Shown here piece by piece: positions 10,953-21,500 of a stretch of DNA of 38,188 nt (position 1 is the first letter of the stretch; the number at the start of each line of letters is the position of its first letter). The notes under the pieces were generated by a model, which did no database searches, was not told the origin of the DNA, and saw only the letters and a program-made list of their open reading frames with translations. Source of the DNA: Polymyxa betae A26-41. Lineage: Eukaryota > Protista > Endomyxa: Phytomyxea. The stretch covers positions 1 through 38,188 of the forward strand of contig RBZT01000812.1 of the NCBI GenBank assembly GCA_003693705.1, read 5' to 3'. The position numbers and the translations under genes were made by a program.

Positions 10953-13778
10953 TTAATTCTTTGACCTTGTTTCAGGCTCTCTTTCATGTCCAGCTGGAAA
11001 CAAAGAATTCTTGTAATGGGTTTTCTTCATTGCAGCGGCAATGTGCTCTACAGGATCTCCACTGACATACAAGCTTTTGGGTGCTAGTAAACCTGTCGTG
11101 CTAATATTTGTAACAAAAATCCTGACGTCGACTGGATCGCCCGAGTAATAGACGTCCCGCTGAATACCCCGCCTCATGAGATCATCGATTTCTCTATTGG
11201 AGAATCCACTTGCAACCTATTCACAGGCGCTTAGCATTTTCATCATCTTATATTTACAGAATAAAACCTGCTGCAGTACCCGTCGTACATCTTGACAAGG
11301 TATCATTTTTAAGCTTCCATTTTCGAATGACGCAATCTCGGCGACTGCTTTTTCTATATTTGTTCGGAACTCTAACATCTCCGCTCTAAAAAATGAATGA
11401 TGATTGAAAATATGAAGAGTTGCAACCGACATCATTTGAGCGCGAGCCATTTCCATAAAAGCAGATTGCGCCCCATCATCTGATTCGAATAGAATCTTCC
11501 CAATATCGACATGACCATCGGTTAAGATATAGTCAAGCGCGGCCTGGATCAACTGCTCAAAACGAGCTGCGGATTTGTTCGGGAAGAACATTCGAATGCC
11601 GTCGGTGAACATATCAGTTGGAATTAAGCCAGCGCGATCGCCGGCGCCCTTGACATCCCAAACGGTAAGTAGCCGTTTCACTACAGCCTGTTTAGCTGCA
11701 ATGGCGATCATTCGGAATGAACTTACGTTCAGCGACCATTTTGGTTTGATCGAAAAAGGCATCTGTCGACGAAGTTCAATGCAACCGTCTGCTGATGATG
11801 TCAGATTTCAGTACCTTCCGATAGTTCTTGATAGAGAACGCGATAGAATATGTCGCAGTCAATATCATAAGTTGATTGCTTTAGTTCTTCCACGAAGTTA
11901 TAGATGTACTCGAATCGCTACGATTCAAACGTTTTAGCATCAACTTGTTTCCCATCATTCGCTTACCTTCTTCTCATTGGGTACTTTCCTCGTCATGTAC
12001 TGCAAGAAGAATTCATCTAACCTTGTTCGATCGCTCGGCGATTTCATTGCATCAGCCGTGGTCTTCAATGCCCAAATACGCTTGCACATCGCTTCGACTT
12101 TCCCTTTTGTCATAGGTTTATAAGGAACCCATCCGTCGTATCTACACTCTCACTTTTAGTACAGTATCAAACTAGAAAGGGAAAGTTGGCAAGAGATGGG
12201 CAAATCAAATGCAACAGCAATGATTAAAAAAACGATTATTCGCACTTCACAGCAAACCGGAAAGTAACAACTACAGCCGCAATTAACTCGTTGTTTGGAC
12301 AGCCCCAAACTTACCTAAGAAAGATAGGAACATCTGGTCCAAGGCCAAGCCCTTTAATTGGCCCATGTTTCCTACTACTTTCAGCTTCTTCAAGAATGCT
12401 AAGAAGATGTGTGTGATCAGTTTTGCCATCTTCAATCGCCAGAGTGGCACTTTTAGACATAGATTCAATCGCAGACTGCAGTGTCAAAGTTGAGCCCGAG
12501 AATAGTAAGAGCAGAGAGGACCCACTTGCAATATCTCAAGCTGAGTCATCATACGAGCATTGTCCTTTTCCAACGCTTCAATTCTTACATCTTTATCAGC
12601 GCTTTGTTTTCGATCCAAAGCGAGTTCTGTCTGGACAGAGCGGAATTTAGCTTCGGATGCGTTCAAACTGGATTCGAGAGCCGCGAGCTGACGGGAGCGT
12701 GAATATCAGGTAGCTCGCAAGTAGAAGCAGTCTACCTGCTGCCGATACGCGAGATTAGCCACCTCCATTTTGGTGACTAGTGACTCGTTAGCCACGTTTG
12801 TGGCATCGCATTCTTGCCGGCTGCTCTCAAGATATTCTGACATCAAATGGGTATGTCGCTCAAGAACGCGATCCTTCCGCTGCAGCGTTTGCAGTTCGGT
12901 TTCCAGACGACTGCTCGTCTAGCAGAGCATTCAGCTTCAGTTGCGCATCAGTGGACACTAACATTTTTCAAGATTTGCAACTCGTTCCGGAGGCAATTCA
13001 GCTCCCGAACTTGGCTTAAGAGTTCATTTTTCATAAGGTTGGCGTCATGATTGAGCGTTTTTCTATGAAAGCACGTAAGACATCGAAAGCGGAAAGATGA
13101 TGAAGGTTCAGTTCGCAGTGAGATTAAGCATCGTGCAAATGGTGCGATCATCTCGATAAATAAATGACAAAATGCAACTAGAAATCAGCACCTGAGCAAT
13201 TCAGACTGTTTTAGCTTAGCGCAACAAGGATCGTCATTGTCAAAATAACATGAGCGTAATGCATTAACGACATGCTCTAGTAAGATGCGCTCTGACTCTT
13301 CGGTGACGCCCTGAATAGCTTCCATAAGCAAGCTCCAAAGCCCTCTCGATTTTTGATCCAGTTCTTTGTGCTCCAGCTCTCGCAGCTGCACTTGCACACC
13401 AAGATCTGCAATCAACAGTCAGAACGCGCAAGCGGGAAAACAAAAGCGTCAGTATGAGAACCCAAACGTTTTCAGAACGATATTTAACGAATCAAGGAGT
13501 GCTTTACGTAATGATTTGAAAGCTGATGACAGCGGCGTAACCAATGATGACTGCTCGCCAAGGTCGACAATCTGCGTTGGCAAAGGGCCATCGCGCGCTG
13601 TCGCCACTCGAACCGATCGATGACCTTCAGCTTCAGCCGAGATCATGGCAGGAGTCATGAGCAGGCGTAACCGCGACATTCCGGGCCTGGCCGACGCCGC
13701 CCGCGGCTTGGATCGCTTTGTGTCATGCCTGGACAACGACAACCTTGTCGAGCATTGCCTTCCAAATAGTAATGACAT
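10953..13778 (-). CDS. TSNAXIP1-like (translin-associated factor X-interacting) coiled-coil protein, probably flagellar; multi-exon
   Basis: An N-terminal coiled coil is followed by spliced GLGLGPDVPIFLR|YDG...KVEAMCKRIW, LDEFFLQY and YNFVEELK...DIDCDIFYRVL, resembling the conserved block of TSNAXIP1-family proteins. Start and end are approximate. Confidence 0.6.
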
Positions 13779-13802
13779 GACAGAGGGAGTCCGCGCCGTT
13801 CA

Positions 13803-13890
13803 AGCTCCAATGCTGCCTCTGTCAGCCTGCCTACAGTGCCCTTCCAGCTCCAACGCTGCCCTGTCAGCCTGCCTACGTTTCCCAGGCTGC
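13803..13890. repeat. Imperfect ~43-bp tandem duplication (AGCTCCAAYGCTGCC(T)CTGTCAGCCTGCCTAC...)
   Basis: Two copies starting at ~13803 and ~13846. Confidence 0.75.
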
Positions 13891-14451
13891 TCCAACAAGC
13901 GATAGTGATGGTGCAGAGACTCTCTATAGCATCATTGTGCTTTCCGCTTCACAATGCAACATTGCATCCGAATCGATCTGTATCCAGACCCAGGGTACTA
14001 CTGCTAGTGGTACGATTAAGGCGTCCTGGTCGGCCGAGTCCAGGCGCAGCGCTGAATGTGAGTGTACTTACTGGCATCGTTTTCATAACAATGCCTAGTC
14101 TAAATCATAAAAAAATCCAAAAATTGAACTCACTCAAGGTCGGGACGGAATACAAACCGTTCAGCGCTGGGCTGACGTGGCCAGATTGAGATTCGGCGAC
14201 GGCCGCGATTGCAACCCGAAGATCTCGCGTAAACTGTTCCCGCTGCCGACCCCGCCGACGCCAGTGCAGCTTCATTATCGAGTGCTTTTGCAGTTCGTTC
14301 GCGTCACCATTTCTCTATACTCGTGGATGCATTAAATGGAGATACGAATGCACTCGATGACAACGGCGCCGATGATTACGGTTTGCAAGTCTTCGCTTCG
14401 ACTCCAACGATCGCAAACGATGAACTTGTCAACTTACACCTTTGCAGCTTG

Positions 14452-15538
14452 TTATAGGCAATGCGGAATGACATTCCAAATAGAAGGCGTATTGCAGCTG
14501 TCAGCGAATGTCTGAACCAATCTGCTCTATAGATTCTGCTTCTTTATGAGTTTCTTTCTACTAACGCCAGGCGAAAGTTTCGTGCTGGGCGCATCTGTTG
14601 TGGTCTTGGGCGATTGTGGCATTTCTGCATCATCGGACGCCGTGCTATCAATCAGCTGTTCCTGCTCTCGCAGCTTCTTCTTCACCACGAGGATCTGTTT
14701 GATGAGGAAATCGCGATCGTCTTCCTGCGTCTTGATCTGCGTTTTCAGCTGCCGGTTCTCTTTCTGGAGCTGTTTGTTCTGCGCCTCCAATCGATAGGTC
14801 ATATCCTTCATCCATTCGAGCTCTTCGGTGAGCTTATGGCAGCGCTGGACCCATTCGGACGCGCCGCTCTCGTTCTTTCGCTTCTCGCGCTCGAGCTCTT
14901 CGTTCACATCGCACATCCGGGTCTTGAACGCTCGTAACAGATCTTTTTCTTGGTCTCGGAGGACCTGCGTCGTTCTGTCCTGCAGCAGCTCGATATTCTC
15001 CTGGATCGCCGAATGCATGTGCCGAATCCTCTCGATACTTTCCTGCGAATCGGAGCGGGCCCCGTGGGTCACGGTGATCTGGTCGATCTTATGCTGCAAA
15101 GCCTGAATTTGATCGCGAAATCGCGCCTCTCTTCTGACGTACAGCTCCTATTGATTGTTTTAACAGAAAAATAATAAACACACAAAAAACTAAATGGAAT
15201 TGGATCCGACCAATCCTCTTGTTAGATAGACATAAGATCGAACACAAAACTTGTGACCTCTTTACGTTTGGCATCTTGCTGATCAGCCGTCTTCGCTTTC
15301 AGTTCGTCTCGATATTTCTGCAGAAGTTCTGTATAGAGCGATTGCAGGTCAGCATAGGCGATATTCTGCTTATTCGCGGTCGGCGTCAGCGTCGATTTCC
15401 GCCCCTGAAAATCGGGAAATCAGCAGAGCTGGGAATGACGAAGCAGCAAACGGCCAGCGACGACTTTCTTGGAGGGCGACGGCGACCGAGACGACGATCG
15501 CCTGTTATCAACCGGCACAGCGACGACATCGTCGACAT
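14452..15538 (-). CDS. Coiled-coil protein of unknown function; multi-exon
   Basis: The main exon encodes LRDQEKDLLRAFKTRM...ESGASEWVQRCHKLTEELEW...QEDDRDFLIKQI with heptad periodicity; flanking exons are bounded by GT-AG. Both ends are approximate. Confidence 0.65.
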
Positions 15539-15834
15539 AGACGCCTTCCGATACCGATCTGGGTCAACAATCAGCGACGATTTAGAAACCAGAATCAAGG
15601 CGCTCAACGTCATCGTGAAGCGGCGGTCGTCCATCGCATACAAGCCGCCGACGTTCGCCTAATTAACCAACCAGCTCGATCGTCGTACTGTACTCCGCCC
15701 TGGTTCATCTTAATACGAGAATGAAGAAAAATTTTTCGCTAAAAACTAACGATCTGATAGAACCATCTGTTACATAATAAGATGATAGATAGCAACTATC
15801 AAGCCAGGCTGGGTTTCGTGGAGAAAACTCTTTT

Positions 15835-15856
15835 AGGGTTTAGGGTTTAGGGTTTT
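15835..15856 (+). promoter_or_regulatory. Telomere-type (TTTAGGG)n / telo-box-like element upstream of RABGGTA
   Basis: AGGGTTTAGGGTTTAGGGTTTT ends 48 nt before the ATG at 15905. The sequence is certain; a regulatory role is inferred. Confidence 0.6.
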
Positions 15857-15904
15857 GAAAGAGGCTTTTTGTATCGCAGTTCGCGGTGCCATTGCTGAAT
15901 CGTT

Positions 15905-17392
15905 ATGCATGGGATTCGGCGCCTGGATCCCAGCACGATCACGGCCGAGCAGCGCGCCGACAAGGCGGCCAAGATCCAGCGCTATAAACAGATCAAGGAG
16001 GCGGCCATGACCATGGTACCGCCAGCCCGGGCCGCCGCCGCCTTTCGCAACTGACAGTGAACTTGCAGCGGGCGAATGGCGTCTACGATCAGCGCGCTTT
16101 AGAAATCGTCGCCAAACTGCTGGAAATCAATCCCGAATTCTATACGCTGTAAATTCGCTTTCTTTTTTATTTTTGTTTTCAGTTTGAAAAGTTTGATGAA
16201 GCTGATAGAATACGCTCTTCGATGGAACTATCGTCGTAATTTCATCACGAATTCTATACGCTGTAGATTCGCTTTCTTTTTTTCAAAAAATATTCCTTTT
16301 GCCTTTTTTTTCAAAAAATATTCAGTTCAAAATTTTTTTATAACAGCTGATAGAATTTGCTCGTAGATGGAATTATCGTCGTGAGATCATCCAGAGCTTG
16401 ATGAAAGAATTCGACGACGACGCCGCCCGGCGTCTGTTGGACGACGAGCTGCAGGTCGTCGAGCGAGCCGTCCGACGAAACCCGAAATCGTACGTGACCT
16501 GGTTCCATCGTCTCTGGGTCGTCCAGCTCGGCTACGCCGACCTCGATCACGAGATCCGTCTGACCACCGATTTCCTCCGGCTGGATAGCCGCAACTGTAT
16601 GGACGTCGTACCCGACCCCGCACAATCGGAATTGCTGATCGCTTGTTATGGAACAGTCCATTGCTGGGATTATCGCCGGGCCGTGGTCAAGCTGGCCCTG
16701 GTTGCAGCTCCGGATGAGCTCGAATTCACTTCCAGCAAGATCAAGGAGGATTTCTCCAACTATAGCGCCTGGTATGAGCGTTTCCTGTCTTCGTTGAATC
16801 GCTTGAATGCGATTTCAGCGACAACGCAACAAAAGCGTTTTTAGGGGGTTTTATGCTGTTTTCGGCCTGCTTTTTTCACCTGTTTAACAATCTCCTATTT
16901 CCTGTGTTTGAATTTTTTGTAAGACGAATGTTTTAGGCATTATCGGTCGAAATTGCTGCCATCGTTGGGGCTTGATCATGAGCGCCTGGAAGCCGAGTTC
17001 GATCTGGTCGCCGATGCCGTCTATACGGAGCCGGATGATCAATCGGCCTGGCTGTATCACAACTGGCTCTGTTTCCATCGCGAGCAGCCCAGAGAGCGCC
17101 TGGCTCGTCAGCTCGGCGTGATCGACGAGCTCCTCGAGCTCGAGCCCGATTGTAAATGGGCGATTCTCACCCGAGGTACGAGCTGTGTAAGACCCATGGC
17201 TGCTTCCGCCTTACAATGCGAATTTTAGTTCGTTTAAAACACGCTCTGAACGATGAAATCGGCGAAGACGAACGAAATCGTTCCCATCGTCGTCTCATCG
17301 AATTGGATGGTAAACGAAGGCGGTATTACGATGCTCTTTTCGCTTCTTTGTTGCCAGCCGCGCCTCAAGCATCGTCGATAATAAAACAATGA
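15905..17392 (+). CDS. RABGGTA: Rab geranylgeranyltransferase (GGTase II) alpha subunit
   Basis: MHG start and spliced PPTA repeats: LLEINPEFYTLWNYRREI, RNPKSYVTWFHRLW, LDSRNFHCWDYRR, EDFSNYSAWHYRSKLL, YTEPDDQSAWLYHNWL, LELEPDCKW, LDGKRRRYY. Confidence 0.93.
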
Positions 17393-17415
17393 TAATTCCG
17401 ATATCGTTGTCTCGA

Positions 17416-17437
17416 AGGGTTTAGGGTTTAGGGTTTT
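17416..17437 (+). promoter_or_regulatory. Telomere-type (TTTAGGG)n / telo-box-like element upstream of COX11
   Basis: The same 22-mer as at 15835-15856, ending 48 nt before the ATG at 17486. Confidence 0.6.
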
Positions 17438-17485
17438 AGTTAACGTTGGATAGTCGGCGACCTCATCTACGGAGCGCCCAGAGCG

Positions 17486-18467
17486 ATGTTGTTGGCGGCC
17501 AGGCGCCTCTCGACATTCGTCTACTCGCCCGGCGACCGCCGGTTCTCTTCGTTCAACAGTCGGAATTATCAGCATCGTCAGAGATATTGGTCGGCGAATG
17601 CTTCGCCAACCGCCATGTACGCCACAGCATTGGCGGTCGCTACGGTCTGTGATTTCATTCGAAATTTTTTCATCTCTTTTTTATGCTTATTTAAAGCTGT
17701 TTCTGCTTCGATTTGTTGAAAATGTTCTGTTTTTCAGTTAGGCTTATCATATGCTTCGGTGCCATTATATCGCATGTTCTGCCAAGCTACTGGTTATGGA
17801 GGAACGGTCCAGACCAGAGTCGAAGATAAACTGAAAGCGCTGGCGCAATCCAGAGATCGGGATCGTCCAACGAGGATGATCAATGTTGAGTTCAATGCCG
17901 ACAGTAAGATCGCTGGTTTCACGAACTCGTCGACGACGAGATAACATCGTCATAGCAAGTGCGACAATGTCGTGGAAGTTCACGCCGGCTCAGAAAAGCA
18001 TCAAGGTCAACATTGGTGATACCGCTCTTGCGTTCTATCGAGCTAAGAACACGTCGGATAAAGCTGTCAGTAAGTCAGCTGTTCTCGTAGATAGAAATGG
18101 TGTTTAAGTTCGTGCCAGCGGGAGTAGCTGCCTACAACGTCACTCCAATGAAAGCGGCCGTTTATTTCAACAAGATTCAAGTCAGCTTCATGTTTATGAT
18201 TTTTTGGCAATTTTGTTGAACCTCCCAACTTAGTGCTTCTGCTTTGAGGAACAACGATTGCGAGCGCATGAAGAAATCGAGCTTCCTGTGTTCTTTTTCT
18301 TAGATCCTGAAATGCTTGACGATCCGAAAATGAACGATGTGTCGTCCATTACCTTATCGTATACGTTCTTTCCTGTCGATGATGATGAGGAACACGAGCT
18401 AACGTCGCCAATGTTATCTTCAACAACAACAACAACTCAAGTTATAAATGCGGCTGTCGCATCGTAG
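17486..18467 (+). CDS. COX11: Cytochrome c oxidase assembly protein COX11
   Basis: Mitochondrial-type presequence followed by LSYASVPLYRMFCQATGYGGT, VEFNAD, WKFTP, LAFYRAKN and YNVTPMKAAVYFNKIQ|CFCFEEQRL...LPVFFFLDPE (copper-binding CFCF motif); four introns. Confidence 0.97.
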
Positions 18468-18505
18468 TAGGAAAGTCTTCTTCAGATTACCAAATATATT
18501 CTGTA

Positions 18506-21500
18506 TTATATATCTCCAATTTCAGCGATCTCTGCATCCGATAGCTTCAAATCGCGATCCAGTGTTTGACAATTCCTAGCTGCATATAGCAGCTTGTGGC
18601 GCAGGATCACCGACGATGAATACGGAGGCAGTGCCAACGAGAAGAAACAAGTATGCGATTGCGGCAGCTGCTGATCGGCGTGCTGTCCTGGTGCCGGAGC
18701 AGGCGCTGGCTGAATCTTGAATTTTGTGATAAATTCGTCGGCGCGAGTAGGCAGACGAGTCCTGGCCCACACAAACCGACAGAATTCCGATTTCTCGTCT
18801 GATGTCATGTCTTGCAGAACCTGCCAGAAGTATTGCACATGTTCGTCGTCGGCAGAGACGCCCGACTCATACACAGTCACACTCTGAAGGAGGGTGATGT
18901 TGAAGTCAGCACGACCGCAGACCAACGTCTCCAACTCCTCAACAGTGAACAACTCGAATGCTGCCAACGGGACGATCGCCGCAAACCCGGAACGGATCGC
19001 TGTAATTTGAGCGTCGGCCTCGTGAAGACGTCTCTGCTCCATCAGACGCACCCAATCGTTACGATTCGCATAGGTCAGCTTCATCTGGCTTCCACCCGGA
19101 ACAAGCTCAACAGTCGTCTTGCCGTCACCTAAAATACAGTCGAAATGATAATCGAACCTGAACAAGAAATAAGTTTGTGATTCAGTAATGAACTGAAAGC
19201 CCTTACTGTTCGGCATCAAACTGCTCCGGCGAAGCCTTTTCAACTTCTTGCAGAAGCTGAACCAGGAGCGCATCTATTTCTTGCAAGTGCTTGCGCGTAG
19301 GATGCTGACCGATAAATGCCAGCCAGAACACAGTGGGCAGGCGCAGGTTCAGATGGATCTTATTGCGAAGAGCGATTCCGATGATCTTTCCCATAAACTT
19401 AAACAAGTCGAAACGAACGCAGGTGGGCGTCGGAATGAACCAGTCCCGATGGGATCCCTGCGCTTCGCGAGCATTCGGTGTGGGAATAAAGAGAGGAAGA
19501 GCACAGTCATCTCGGAACAGCTCGGCAATGAACTCGTTGAAGCACTCCCGATAAGGTCCACCATTATCTGTAACTCCTTCACCAATAAATTTCACTTTGA
19601 ACGTTCGCTCTTGGCCGTCGTCCAACATGCGTACGAATCCACGTCTTAAATCGCGAACGTTCATAGCGTCGATCTGAGCGAATGCTTGACCGAATAGACT
19701 TTGCGTCAAAGCATTGGGTCCGGAAAGTGCCTTGACGGCAATATGACGGTTTAACGAAATCTGTTTCAGATCTGGTGGATCTTCATACGGATCTTCACTC
19801 GGCTTCGTATAAGTCATGGTCTGGTGCAGAATATCATTCAGCAAAGTGATCTTAATGCGCGTCAGCATCAGATGTCGCAACTTCCGCATCAGAGCACCAA
19901 GATTAACTGGTGCTCCGACACGAGCTATGGCCAGATAAGGCAGCGTGTGCGCCACATAATAGTTCAGCGTTCGAAGAGCAGCGAATCGAGCACAGAGAGC
20001 TGGTGCGGGTATATCTTGTAGATCGGGGTAGCGCGAGGCAGCCTCAGCGATTTCGTCGTACAGCAACGCTAACTGAAAGCAAGACATCAATTACAAAAAT
20101 TGCCAAAATGCTAAAAAACAAAAATAGATACATGAAAAATGTAACACCGAAAGCGAAACAGCAATGAGAGAGAGACTCACAGGCTCAACACCAATGCGAT
20201 CCGAGAGCTCATTGCACAGTTTGATCAATACAGCATCAAGATGCGCTGGCGACAGCGACACGTGAGTAGCAAACTGCGATAGCGTCCACTTGCAGGCGAT
20301 AGCTCTGGCGCCGTCTTCGTTTGGAATCTTGACAAAACTGGAGCTAGACTTAATGATCTGTTCAGCGGGGAACAGATCAGGATCGGTGTCACTATCGCCG
20401 ATCACGACGATCCTGTTTGATTCTGGACAGACTCCCAGCAGACGTCCGGTGAAGCCGCTTTCTGTTGAAACGCGACCGTGCACTAAACCAAACCGAGCAC
20501 ATGCAGACCTTGACCTATATCGGCAGGCTTAGCAACAAAGCTTTAAAAGGATGCTGCAAACTGAAAGCCATACACGTCGACGGTAATGATTTCTCCCGAC
20601 GTCGTCGGTAGACGGCGCTCATCATTACTGCACCACGACCACCAGAACGCATATGCGATATCCATGAAATGATCAGCAGTAACTTTGCTTGACAACGACT
20701 CCAGCATGGTCCAGGCGAATTCAGTCGCCGTACCGACGCGTCTTGTTAAGCGCGCTGTCCGATCACGTCCGGAAAGCAGATGGGTGTTGATCCGACGGGC
20801 ATGGGCTGCCGCACCGAAGCTAACCTGATCACCACGATGATAAAACGATACCGCTGGGTAGAGGATATGGTCGGTAGGAAGTTCATCGAAAGCGACGCCG
20901 AGGTCATTGCCGTTAAGAGTATATGATAGTGTTTGCTTATCAAGATCCAGGACGACGCCGACGACGGAATCAACGTTCATTTGCTCTCCATATTTGGCAC
21001 CTCCTATATCAAACATTCAACAGATATTTTAGCGGAAAGCGGAAAAACGTATTGAGGACGAGCAAGAAGTAAAGCATTCGGCTTCAGTCAAACAAAAACG
21101 TAGGGATATTGTGAAACACAGCATAAATGATTCAAAATGTGATACCTTTGATTTTGTTTCGGCCATGATACCTCGATCGGTCATTGATAAACAAACCGAA
21201 TCCATGGGCATCACCGCCGACGTACGTATCCGGATTGGCAGAGACAGTCGCAACACCCAAAAAAATGTAGCCTTTCGACATGGAATCCAAAACGATATCC
21301 CAGCGATGTAATCCGGACGAGTACCCTCGAGTTGCCATCAGCGTCCTCCATTTATCACTGCCGGCATCAAACGATGCAGTCAGATTGCAATTTGATAATT
21401 TCACTTTGGCGCGCCCGGAGGCTCTCGCGTGATGCGGATCCCAATGTAACACCGGATGGGTCAGCACTGTTAGCGTTGGGCTTGGAACTGATTTCGAATT

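Noticed and set aside
15832-15856. TTTAGGG repeats as a true telomere or fusion scar
   Set aside because: Only about three units, inside a gene-dense region, with no head-to-head arrangement.
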